Shown here: piece by piece, positions 1 to 8,550 of the stretch
Layout: each line of letters starts with the position of its first letter
Numbering within the stretch: the first letter of the stretch is position 1
Source: an uncultured Pseudomonadales bacterium
GTDB lineage: Bacteria; Pseudomonadota; Gammaproteobacteria; Pseudomonadales; Azotimanducaceae
Length of the DNA stretch: 32,925 nt
Direction: 5' to 3'
NCBI GenBank assembly: GCA_964577185.1
Contig: CAZNYE010000344.1
Span: 1 to 32,925 of the forward strand
Made by a program: the position numbers and the translations under genes
The notes under the pieces: generated by a model
What the model was told of the DNA's origin: nothing
Databases searched by the model: none
What the model saw: only the letters and a program-made list of their open reading frames with translations

Positions 1-300
1 GTATCCATCGAGCGCTGCTCGAAAACCCTCCCGACCCAAACTGCGGGCGTGTCTAGCATAGTCAGCCCAGTTGTTCGGCCAGCCAGCATTGGTCAAGAAT
101 TTACGCGGCAGCCCGAATGGAAAATCAATGCCTGCGATCCATGGACCTGAACGGTCGAGTACGCGCTCAAATGAGTCAAAATCCGCAAGTTTCTCAAGCT
201 CATCCACCCGCAACTCACTGTCGTCTAAGTGGCAATTGAGGCACGTAATGGGTTTGGAGCGCGTTGGACTGCTTGTAAAGTCGATGCCTAGAATTCTCAT
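1..300 (-). CDS. DUF429-like (predicted RNase H-fold) protein, N-terminal 100 codons; rest of gene lies beyond the left edge
   Basis: Absent from the ORF track because it runs off the window. My reverse-strand translation from ATG 300..298 is MRILGIDFTSSPTRSKPITCLNCHLDDSELRVDELEKLADFDSFERVLDRSGPWIAGIDFPFGLPRKFLTNAGWP... and stays open to position 1. The 'ILGIDF...GIDFPFGLP' pattern matches DUF429 proteins as I remember them. Confidence 0.5.
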   Translation of the reverse strand, partial: MRILGIDFTSSPTRSKPITCLNCHLDDSELRVDELEKLADFDSFERVLDRSGPWIAGIDFPFGLPRKFLTNAGWPNNWADYARHARSLGREGFRAALDGY

Positions 301-416
301 TTGAAACGACCGCTAGTGGGTGTTTCCAATGGTCGGTCTTGGGCTAAGAATTGCAGGGAACCCGACAGTTCTTACTGCAATATGAGTGGGATCGGTAGTA
401 GTCTGATGTGATTTGC

Positions 417-1136
417 TCACCACGGAAGTTCGACCCCCGCTTCCCTTAACAACATGCGTCCCAAATATGAAACCTTCGGTCTCGACTTGAACCCGCCAGC
501 TTTTGGATCGAATGGCGGGTACTCCCCCTTTTTCACTCTATCGAATTGTGGTTCTAGCAGCCCGAGGCGAAGGAGCTTTTGAATTCCGGCCTCGTAGAGT
601 TTTCGATCATCGATTTTTTCCGGAGAAGATCCAAGCATAGCTGGCGCAGGCCGATCTATCTGATCCCATTTGTCAGAACGGAGCCTTCCGACGGACTGAC
701 CGAAGGCAGCCAGAATGGAAAACTCGTCATCGTCGATTTCGCCGAAGAGATCAAGACGTCGTTCCAGACGTCGTTTCCTTCGAATAAATCTGGCATCTTC
801 CGAACACAATCCCCGACCAACGATTTCCGCGATCATTGCAATACGATCGAACGATGTTGCTCTAGCAGCGAGATGACCGCCGGTTTCTACCAAGTCGATT
901 CTCTCCTCGTCGGCCAAAACAACTGCGATGCTGGTTTGCTCAAGCTTTATCACCCTCTCGTCGAGCAGCCTTAAGTACTCGACAATTCGTTCTTGACGCA
1001 GTCGTGGTATTGTTTGGACGATCAATTCGCTTAAAGGACCACCGATTACGGGCATAAGAGCTCCAGCGAGTTTGGTAACCATTGCCAGATGGTCTTTCCA
1101 GTTCTTATCCAATTCATCCGACATGTATGGCTCCAT
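417..1136 (-). CDS. hypothetical protein (239 aa), downstream partner of the DUF4209-type gene
   Basis: Long ORF with a protein-like charged, helical composition. It starts 60 nt after the stop of the 609-aa gene on the same strand. I recognise no family motif. Confidence 0.6.
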   Translation of the reverse strand: MEPYMSDELDKNWKDHLAMVTKLAGALMPVIGGPLSELIVQTIPRLRQERIVEYLRLLDERVIKLEQTSIAVVLADEERIDLVETGGHLAARATSFDRIAMIAEIVGRGLCSEDARFIRRKRRLERRLDLFGEIDDDEFSILAAFGQSVGRLRSDKWDQIDRPAPAMLGSSPEKIDDRKLYEAGIQKLLRLGLLEPQFDRVKKGEYPPFDPKAGGFKSRPKVSYLGRMLLREAGVELPW

Positions 1137-1196
1137 AGTTGCAGAACTTCGGACTGCCTATGCAGCCGAGATTTCCTGATCGCGACTTCGCTATTG

Positions 1197-3026
1197 TTAC
1201 GACTTCAGTTGATCAAGCTGATCCGCAACTCTATTCCAGTACGGAAACAGCGGAACGCAGCAGAGCCGAAATATGAACCAACATGCGTAAATGGAATCCG
1301 GTTCATAGCAAGCGCGGCCTGAAACGAGGCCGTGGGCTACTTGATGTCTGAAGGAGGGGCCTCCACGAATGTCAAACACGTTTTCGATCTCGAAGACAAT
1401 CGCTGGACCAAATACCCTTTCAAGCGTCTCGCGGTCTTTATCAAGCATGACCGACAAGGTCCGATTTTCCTGTGTCATATCACTCTTAATTCTAGAAGGG
1501 TTAGTGCCTGCTTTCTTTAAGACGTTTCGAAGAGAGTTTTCCAATTGCGGGACGAGCGAGTGCAGGGCGGAAATGAAGTCACCATTGAAAAACCTTGCAA
1601 GGCCCAACGAGAAGATATCTGTCCGGTCTCTAGGTACAAACCAACTCAGTTCAACAAGCGGACGGAAATAACATTGATCGATGGGATGCTCTAAGTTCAT
1701 CCTCTGTCTTGCTGGTTCAATTAGGCTTACAGCAATGGACTGCCTGCGAAAACTCTCGTTGCGAAGAATCAATTGCCGAACAGCACTAACATCGCCATCT
1801 TCGGCGCCTAGTCCAGATGATCGAGCGACCACCTTGCCCTCAACATCGTGCATCGAGAGTGGCATAGAGCTAATTGCCGCACTCTCTTTGGCATTCTTGT
1901 GAACATCACGGCTGAGCTCCGTTGGTTCCGGAGAATTGGACAAATTTGCGAACTCGAACAACGCATTGGCAAGGCCTAAACCAGCGACACGTTTTTCGGC
2001 GCCTTTTACCGAGGCGGTGAAGTCGATCTCGGTTGAAATCGTGATGAACTCGTCTTGCATGAAAGCTTGTGCCGCAAGGAGCTGCGCCTCCAATTCTTCA
2101 CGCCTTTGCTTTGTGTTCGGCACTTGCCTGAGGGCCTCGATAGCGTCCAACAGCCAACTTGCTTTGGCCATGCTTGAGTCGCTGGTCATTGCCATCGTCA
2201 CATAGCATTCTGCCGCACTAATCAGGCAGCGGTCACTGTCTTCGGGCTTCCTGGAAAGCTTGTAGGCTCGTGCACCAAGCTCCCAGAGAAGATTAGCGTC
2301 GAGGGAGTCGGTGCTATCCGAGCCGGCGAGCCGTTCTGCATAGTCGGCTACCGTCATTGAGTCGCCAATACGGAAATCGAGGCTCAAATGTCCTGTGCGT
2401 ACGAAACCCCGACTGTCACCGGAATCGACAGTATCGCGCAGCAATTTCCCGATAAGAGACAGCAACTCTCTTCCTTCAGGGTCGTTCCAACCGATAGCCG
2501 ACTCGATTTGGCAGGCACGCCGCAACATATTGCATCCGTCGCGGCTGCTGGCGCTTTTCTGCTCGCCGAAAAACTCGGCATGGCCATTCCGAACTTGGTG
2601 CACAGCTTCGCAATAGGCGTTAACCGCGTGACGGGCCATATCTGCAAGCTTTCGGTTGTTGTGCCACGCTATGTCCGATAGGCGTGCGCGGAGTCCCGGG
2701 TTTCTAATGCCCGGTACGATATCCGAGAAAATGCGTGACTGACCTCCCCTCAGGTCGCTCGGAATGATTGTACGTTGAGAGTCGCTAACGAAACACGGAC
2801 CAAAGGGCTCCGCTCGATCTTCCGGCTTAAAGTGCATTTCCGCAACGGATCCAAGGAGACGGTAAACTCTTGTTGACGTCTCATTTCCTTTATCCCGTTC
2901 TTCAAGCGCCGCCTTCGCGTAGTTGGCTCTTAGACTCATACAGTCCACTTTCCTGCAATCACGGATGGGTGCCTCGATATCCACGGATTCAATTTCTTCC
3001 TTGGTTATTTCGATACTTTGATTCAA
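1197..3026 (-). CDS. DUF4209-type protein (609 aa) with C-terminal R-x4-H (HEPN-like) motif
   Basis: 609-aa ORF. The C-terminal 'IRGGPSFRHQVAHGLVSG' (RHQVAH encoded at 1332..1349) matches the conserved R..AHG core of DUF4209 and fits the HEPN R-x4-6-H pattern. Confidence 0.65.
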   Translation of the reverse strand: MNQSIEITKEEIESVDIEAPIRDCRKVDCMSLRANYAKAALEERDKGNETSTRVYRLLGSVAEMHFKPEDRAEPFGPCFVSDSQRTIIPSDLRGGQSRIFSDIVPGIRNPGLRARLSDIAWHNNRKLADMARHAVNAYCEAVHQVRNGHAEFFGEQKSASSRDGCNMLRRACQIESAIGWNDPEGRELLSLIGKLLRDTVDSGDSRGFVRTGHLSLDFRIGDSMTVADYAERLAGSDSTDSLDANLLWELGARAYKLSRKPEDSDRCLISAAECYVTMAMTSDSSMAKASWLLDAIEALRQVPNTKQRREELEAQLLAAQAFMQDEFITISTEIDFTASVKGAEKRVAGLGLANALFEFANLSNSPEPTELSRDVHKNAKESAAISSMPLSMHDVEGKVVARSSGLGAEDGDVSAVRQLILRNESFRRQSIAVSLIEPARQRMNLEHPIDQCYFRPLVELSWFVPRDRTDIFSLGLARFFNGDFISALHSLVPQLENSLRNVLKKAGTNPSRIKSDMTQENRTLSVMLDKDRETLERVFGPAIVFEIENVFDIRGGPSFRHQVAHGLVSGRACYEPDSIYACWFIFRLCCVPLFPYWNRVADQLDQLKS

Positions 3027-3999
3027 TTGAAATGTCTCCTTTTGCCTTTCGAAGTCAATACCTTTGAGATCATAGGTTGTTCCTCAAGTAGTCGGATACG
3101 CTAGAGTTCCACATCTGTGGCCACATGCAATTCCTGTGCTGCCGTCCAATCGCGTCGCCGCGAATCACTAACGCGTGCGGTCGTGCGCCGAGAACGGGGC
3201 GGCGTCAGAACTGTTGGAACCATGGCTAGGTACAGCGCCGTGTGTAACCAATCCATGTTGTAGTTCATGGCGACGAACGCGTCTCACTCACCTGGGTCCG
3301 AACAAGACAGCTGAGCTCTTCCTGGAGGTTTTTGCCGAAGCGAATTCATTTTCGCGGTAGCCCAAAGCCGCGCATTGCAGGAGGAACCGTTCTTTTCGAT
3401 TGAATCGTTTGAGGATTTGGATTACATCTGACAATTTAACCTCGAGAGTTCGTTGGCGAGGCCAGAAACTAGGCGAGATAAGCAGTCTGTGGCGGAATTA
3501 TTCACTTTAGTTACCCTTTCGGGTTTCTCAGGACAGGAGACCCCCTAGAAGTGGCCTTTTGTACGCCATAGCGGTGTCAAGGTGCGCCATGGCACCAAGC
3601 CAACCATCTCTCGTATTTCAACTCATATCTTGTTCCAGTCGTTCACCACTCGATCTCGGAAGACGGCTGTAGTTGAACTCTTGCTCAAATATTCGATGAC
3701 TCCAGTGAGCTCTTTTGAAATAATATGTATCGCCTCCTCTAACGGCCTTTGTCGAGCGTAGCTTACTTCGTAAGAATTCATCTTATGTCATCGTATAGAA
3801 GAAAGGCCTCGTTGAACGACTCTTCATGAGTTAATTCACCATATTGACGCCCAGAAATGTGGTCCAATCGAACCGCGAGTTCCAACAGCGAATATGTTTC
3901 GCGTTTTTCTAGGTCTTCGATGAACACTTCGTTGTTCATCTTTCCCGAGAACGAAAGTTCTTCCGGTGGTAGCTGAGTGTTTTCAATCCGGATTTCATC

Positions 4000-4296
4000 T
4001 TGTGGTTGGTTAAGGGTGAACAGCAGCAAGTGATCTTTGTGGATCCCAAAGGACTGCGAAATGTAGGGCCAGAAGACCCCAAGATTCAGTTTTACAAAAC
4101 CATCAAGGAAATTGAACAACGCCTCGGCGACACGTCCGTGAAACTGCACTCATTCATAGTTTCGAATACACGCTCAGACACAATTCGGAGGCAATGGAAC
4201 TTGGAGAAGGAGGACATGGAGGCACGGAATGTGCTGTTTCAAGAGGAGGATCAGGATACGTATGTGCGGACGATGCTTAATGTGTGGGCGGACTAG
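4000..4296 (+). pseudogene. possible C-terminal remnant of a PD-(D/E)xK-type nuclease (TTG-initiated 98-aa ORF)
   Basis: '[29 protein letters not shown]' resembles the '(E/D)xKG' block at the C-terminus of restriction/helicase-associated nucleases. There is no upstream coding continuation in any + frame, and it overlaps the minus ORF 3778..4149. Confidence 0.25.
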
Positions 4297-4512
4297 CAGG
4301 ATTTGGAGAATCTCGTTCATTTGAGCCTTAAACGGTTGTTGAAGGATGCTTAGGCTGTAAGGTCGAGAATCTAAGTGCGGTCGTACGGCTCTTCATTGAC
4401 AACATCGGTCTTGCGAACGGTTATTGATGGGCGGGAACAGCTTGAGGTGTTCGCCTCACGTGCCGGAAGTCGTGGTAGCCTCACGGCGCATCGCTAACGG
4501 AAGGTGATCTAA

Positions 4513-5151
4513 ATGGCTAGCCTGCATTGGAAAGGCGATCAACTGTGGTATTGCCTGCGGGGGAACTGGCACCCCGCTGGGCAGTTGAAATTGCTCAACA
4601 AACAGTGGATTTTCTTTCTTACGGATCTTGACAATCCGCAAATGCAGATGAACGTTGGCGCATACTCTTCTGCGGAAGAAGCGAGAGAACTGGTATCTGA
4701 GAACCCTGCACTAAGGATAATGTTCAGCAAATGGATGGCGAGACAAAAGGAAATTGGATTTCTCGCAATGCAGTATGGGGATGCGGAGTTAGAACAGATG
4801 GCGTCGAAACACATGAAGCCAGTCGTTCAGTCCATGGGCTACAGCCTACAGGATATGCGAGATATTTCTCAGGCTGGCGTTATCGATAACCTTCTTAGGG
4901 AGGCGCTAAGGAACGCGAAGTTCGTGATCGCGGATCTTAGTCACGGCAATAACGGGGCGTATTGGGAGGCCGGGTTCGCCGAGGCACTAGAAAAGCCGGT
5001 CATTTACACGTGTGAGCGGCTGCAATTCGAGAGTTTCAAGACTCACTTCGACACAAATCACTGCACGACTGTAATGTGGTCTTCGGACGATGCAGAGGCG
5101 TTCCGCAGAGATCTGGCAGGGGCTCTCCGACGTTCTCTAGGAATGGCTTGA
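4513..5151 (+). CDS. nucleoside 2-deoxyribosyltransferase/TIR-like domain protein with unknown ~90-aa N-terminal domain
   Basis: AAGGTG Shine-Dalgarno sequence lies 7 nt upstream of the ATG. The C-terminal half 'FLAMQYGD...NAKFVIADLSHGNNGAYWEAGFAEALEKPVIYTCE' matches the 'ADlt..npNV.yE.G.A..lgKPvi' signature of NDT/TIR-like Rossmannoid domains. Confidence 0.65.
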   Translation: MASLHWKGDQLWYCLRGNWHPAGQLKLLNKQWIFFLTDLDNPQMQMNVGAYSSAEEARELVSENPALRIMFSKWMARQKEIGFLAMQYGDAELEQMASKHMKPVVQSMGYSLQDMRDISQAGVIDNLLREALRNAKFVIADLSHGNNGAYWEAGFAEALEKPVIYTCERLQFESFKTHFDTNHCTTVMWSSDDAEAFRRDLAGALRRSLGMA

Positions 5152-5169
5152 GACTCGTAATCGAGTCTT
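5150..5169 (+). terminator. weak hairpin overlapping the stop of the 4513..5151 gene
   Basis: AGACTCG (5151-5157), TAAT loop, CGAGTCT (5162-5168) form a perfect 7-bp stem. No U-tract follows, so intrinsic terminator function is doubtful. Confidence 0.25.
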
Positions 5170-5754
5170 ACGCTTCCAAAATTCTCTAATTGGACGGAGG
5201 TTCGATTGCAGCACCTCATTCCATGAGGCGGCTTTTAGTAAGGGCGCTTTCATCGAGAATATGTGCCACAGAACTCATAGCCGCGTAAAGTCGGCCGTCA
5301 ACCGCGTGCTTCGCCAATTGACGTACTTTCTCAAGGGAGATGGAGAGGCACAGGTATATCTCAGTTGTGTTCACAGCCAAGGGTATCGGCTGATTGAGCA
5401 TTCAGGACAAAGAGGAAGTGCTGAATCTAGCCCCCAATCACAAATCAGTTTCGTAGCATTGCCGTGTTAGGGACTAAGCCTCGCCGTTTAGATGGGCTCG
5501 GGCCGGAGAACTTGGAGATTTTTGGTGATGTGCCATAAGTCATTTCCCGTGCCCATTCGCCGGGGCCAAGAAGTGCTGCGGGTTTTGCCTCGCCGAAAAG
5601 CTATGAACAATGGGACCGAGGGCATTCCAAGGCCTGATAGTGGTCGGCGGGTTGTCAAGGCGACATTGTGCTGCACTGCGGAGCGCCCGACGGAGTCCGT
5701 CGCAACAGGGGTGGGGAATGCAGTGCATGGCTCGTAGGTCTGCGGCGAAGCTCG

Positions 5755-6228
5755 CTAGTACGTCAAGGTTACTTCACCTGCGGGAAGGAACAGAAATCTG
5801 CCAGCATCAACAATTAGGGTGCAGTGCTGAATGTAATCCATGCCGACAAGCACCGAGTAGACGGGGGGTTTGGTCGTGGGAGGGTGAATCGCCGCTCTGT
5901 CCATGAGCACGGGGCGCGAGAGATATCCTTTTCCGTCACGCCAAGGCTTAGTGGACTGATGCTTCAGGGAAATCAAGAATCGAACGCGTTCAGTAGTAAT
6001 CTCCTCACCTCCGGCTGGAGATATATACGCGGGCGCTATGCCGCTAATCCCAATTGTATCGGCTGCTTCCTGAGTAATAAGAGTGCCGGGTGTTCCTGTA
6101 TCTATAAGCGCAGGAAATTCGACCATCTTTAATCTACTAGGAGGAGGGGGCGATAACCCTACAGTGACGAGGAGCTTTCCATCAGTTACTCGGTCCCATT
6201 GTCCCGGACTTGTTTGATTCGATAGCAA
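5755..6228 (-). CDS. retropepsin-like (clan AA) aspartic protease
   Basis: 'FPALIDTGTPGTLITQEAADTIGI' contains the D-T-G active-site triad in the typical hydrophobic-hydrophobic-DTG context of bacterial retroviral-like proteases. Confidence 0.65.
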   Translation of the reverse strand: MLSNQTSPGQWDRVTDGKLLVTVGLSPPPPSRLKMVEFPALIDTGTPGTLITQEAADTIGISGIAPAYISPAGGEEITTERVRFLISLKHQSTKPWRDGKGYLSRPVLMDRAAIHPPTTKPPVYSVLVGMDYIQHCTLIVDAGRFLFLPAGEVTLTY

Positions 6229-6472
6229 AGCCTAACCCTATAGCACCTACTTCGATAACATGCTTTTCGCCTACTACGAACAGCGAAAAGTTGCCTAGTC
6301 CGTACTGATTGAATCCATCAACATAGGCGCGTTCTTCAAGTTCATAAGCTCTAATGAATTTGCCATTGTGAAATAGTGCCGTCTTACCGGGGTGCTTTAG
6401 TTCGAGGGACATTTCCATGTCCTTGTAAGCGTCCCGGTTCTGTCTTGTTTGATCTGATAGGAAATCCGGCAT
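6182..6472 (-). CDS. small protein (96 aa), DUF5678-like, upstream partner of the aspartic protease
   Basis: 'KHPGKTALFHNGKFIRAYELEERAYVDGFNQYGLGNFSLFVVG' resembles small proteins found beside clan AA proteases. It overlaps the protease ORF by 47 nt in a different frame and is preceded by an AT-rich upstream region. Confidence 0.45.
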   Translation of the reverse strand: MPDFLSDQTRQNRDAYKDMEMSLELKHPGKTALFHNGKFIRAYELEERAYVDGFNQYGLGNFSLFVVGEKHVIEVGAIGLGFAIESNKSGTMGPSN

Positions 6473-6736
6473 CGTGAACGAAAATGTAGCAAAAACCTGG
6501 AGCGCCTAGTTGAAATAAACTCAAGACATCCCAGTGTAACAAGAAACATTTTCGACATCTCACGAAACGTTTGGGTGTTGGTTCCAGAAATTCCCGTATT
6601 TCCTATAAATGTAGTTGAACATCTCTCAAGGACGGTACTATCAAATAATGCCCTCTTTCGGCGTGAAATTGACTCGCCCGAGAACGAAATGAGGGCCCGG
6701 AACGAGTCTAAAAACAGCGCACAGAATTGAAGCAGT

Positions 6737-7501
6737 TCAGTCCTCATTGAGCATTGCGTCGTCGGTGAGTATGAGGAGCGTTAGCGTTTCGTCTGGCCCA
6801 TTAGCTATAGTTTGTTCCTCAATCTGGAATCGGTGTGCGCGCGAGCCCTTTAACCAAGCATTGGCCTTGATAGTTCGAGGCTGTATGGAGTTAGGCTTAC
6901 CGCCATACTGAATGTCAAACGCCAAGCTCTCCGGGGCGAGCTCTTGTTGAGGAAACCACCGATCAGGAACGCGCGGGGAGCGGCAAAACCACTTATATCC
7001 ATGCGGTCCATGACAGACCAACATTGCGGGAGATTGAGTGTTTTCCATAAATCGGATAGCGGTCGCTGTCCGACTCGTGTCGAACTCATTCGCAAGGAAG
7101 CTGATAGCACCAAAACTCACTGTACTTAGATTATCCGCCATCGGTCGAAACAGATAGCGTGGCATGAGAAGGTCTGCGGCGTAGTTGTCAGCCGCTCTCT
7201 CCACAGAAGTGGACGAATGTGGCAGATAGTCTTCGACGCGACATGTGAGGCAACGACCTCGATGGTGGTGCCAATGTCCTAGCTCGTGGGCAATCGAAAA
7301 TCGCTGCCTGCGCCACTGGCTATCTTGATTGACCGAGATTATCGCTTGGTTGACGCTGCCAATGATCCTGGCGTCGCAACCATCAAGCGCGGTGTATCGA
7401 ACACAAGCGTTTACGTGAAAGGCTATTGCCTCAAGATCAATTTCGTCAGGCCGCGTGACTCCCAGCTCTTGCAGTAGGGCTTCGGCTGGTGTAAGTCGCA
7501 T
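6737..7501 (-). CDS. ImmA/IrrE-family zinc metallopeptidase (DUF955-type)
   Basis: HExxH motif 'FSIAHELGHWHHH' followed by 'ERAADNYAADLLMPR', typical of ImmA/IrrE. ATG at 7501..7499 overlaps the stop (7503..7501) of the upstream gene. The ORF track starts one codon earlier, at a TTG. Confidence 0.8.
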   Translation of the reverse strand: MRLTPAEALLQELGVTRPDEIDLEAIAFHVNACVRYTALDGCDARIIGSVNQAIISVNQDSQWRRQRFSIAHELGHWHHHRGRCLTCRVEDYLPHSSTSVERAADNYAADLLMPRYLFRPMADNLSTVSFGAISFLANEFDTSRTATAIRFMENTQSPAMLVCHGPHGYKWFCRSPRVPDRWFPQQELAPESLAFDIQYGGKPNSIQPRTIKANAWLKGSRAHRFQIEEQTIANGPDETLTLLILTDDAMLNED

Positions 7502-7950
7502 CAACGATTTCCTTCATCGGTTTCCGAATCTAAGAGCCCGAGTTCCGCGAGATTTTCAAGCATGCCGCGCACATCGGAATCTGAAAGTTCACTCTCTTTG
7601 CGGGCAGCCATGGTCAGCATTTCCACTCCCTTACTGCGCTCGATAACAGAATGAAGCAGAGCGCGGGCATCACGGATATCCACGGGAATTGTGATTGAAA
7701 TACCTTTATTAACTTTGGTTGCAGCGGCACCTGCTTTCGCCGAAGCCATCCGCTGCTTATTGGCAATCAGCAGACTTTGTTCAAAAAGGACTCGCATTTC
7801 ATCTGCATTTCGTTCCGCCTTGCCTCCTTCATCTAAGAATTCAGCCAACATTTCCTCATCCGATGCGTCCAAGATATCTTGAACAAGTGCGTCGGCCAAA
7901 CGGCCAAGGCCCTTTCGGTCACTTACATTTTTCTCGGTCATGGCTTCCAC
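7501..7950 (-). CDS. hypothetical acidic protein (149 aa) between the sigma-like gene and the ImmA-like protease
   Basis: ORF translationally coupled at both ends (13-nt overlap with the upstream gene, stop/start overlap with the downstream gene). Helical, acidic composition with no recognisable HTH. Confidence 0.55.
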   Translation of the reverse strand: MEAMTEKNVSDRKGLGRLADALVQDILDASDEEMLAEFLDEGGKAERNADEMRVLFEQSLLIANKQRMASAKAGAAATKVNKGISITIPVDIRDARALLHSVIERSKGVEMLTMAARKESELSDSDVRGMLENLAELGLLDSETDEGNR

Positions 7951-8480
7951 CCTTGAGGGTATTTCTTGTCAATTCGACGGCGAATCAGCTTCCGCTTTGT
8001 ATCGTAAGCTCTCTTGTCAAGGTCAGTTAGCTCGCGCAATTCCTCTCCCGTAAAGCCCTCGATGATCCCCTCCACGATATCTCTAGCCACCAAATCATCT
8101 TCAAAGAGCGAGAGGATATCCCTGCGCACACTTTCATACTCCTCTGCACTGGAGATCTGGTCGTCGAGACTCTCGCCAGAGTTTGATGCGTCAGATTCCA
8201 CATCAATACCCACGCTCTCCATACGATGCGTGAGTCTCTGATGCTCTCCATCGCTGATGCTTCGCATGGATTCTGCGAAGAACTTGACTACGTCTACACT
8301 TCGAGGACAGTGACGATTTCCGCGAAGTGCACGAACAAAGGCTTCCTGAAGCAGATCTTCGGCGGAAATCGACTTCCTGGCATAGCGATTAGCAATCTTC
8401 CTCAAGCGTACCCAGTCGGCATCCGACAAGGATCGGACCGCTTCGGCAATCTCTCCTGGGCTCTTTGTACCTTCGGACAA
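7938..8480 (-). CDS. sigma-70 family (ECF-like) sigma factor homologue
   Basis: Region-2-like 'AEDLLQEAFVRALRG...VVKFFAESMRSISDGEHQR' and region-4-like 'IIEGFTGEELRELTDLDKRAYDTKRKLIRRRI' lie in the expected order and spacing. Confidence 0.55.
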   Translation of the reverse strand: MSEGTKSPGEIAEAVRSLSDADWVRLRKIANRYARKSISAEDLLQEAFVRALRGNRHCPRSVDVVKFFAESMRSISDGEHQRLTHRMESVGIDVESDASNSGESLDDQISSAEEYESVRRDILSLFEDDLVARDIVEGIIEGFTGEELRELTDLDKRAYDTKRKLIRRRIDKKYPQGWKP

Positions 8481-8522
8481 CGTGTAGCTCCCTTTTGCAC
8501 CAATGCGAATTAGTCAGCGTTC

Positions 8523-8550
8523 CGCGGACATTATGTGCTCAATGTCCGCG
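8523..8550. promoter_or_regulatory. perfect 10-bp inverted repeat (CGCGGACATT-N8-AATGTCCGCG) in a divergent intergenic region; candidate operator
   Basis: Read directly: 8523-8532 CGCGGACATT, 8541-8550 AATGTCCGCG. A related half-site AATTGTCCGCAT follows at about 8559-8570. It sits between divergent genes starting at 8480 (-) and 8604 (+). Confidence 0.4.

Noticed and set aside
71-304. 77-aa plus-strand ORF at the left edge
   Set aside because: The opposite strand encodes a convincing DUF429-like N-terminus (MRILGIDF...GIDFPFGLP) over the same bases. The plus ORF is Ser/Arg-rich and looks like an antisense artefact.
579-2681. Multiple 60-130-aa ORFs antisense to or out of frame with the 239-aa and 609-aa genes (e.g. 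579-974, 1369-1671, 1936-2205, 2388-2681)
   Set aside because: They are fully nested in longer ORFs with protein-like sequences and recognisable motifs, and their own translations are low-complexity.
5199-5207. GGTTCGATT, resembling a tRNA T-loop, raising the possibility of a tRNA or att remnant
   Set aside because: The flanks do not form a T-stem (GGAGG is not followed by CCTCC at the right spacing), and no acceptor or anticodon arms can be drawn.
6397-6747. 116-aa minus ORF between the ImmA gene and the small DUF5678-like gene
   Set aside because: The translation is rich in R/S/T/C and not protein-like. The region is AT-rich and better explained as the promoter and leader of the 6472-5755 operon.
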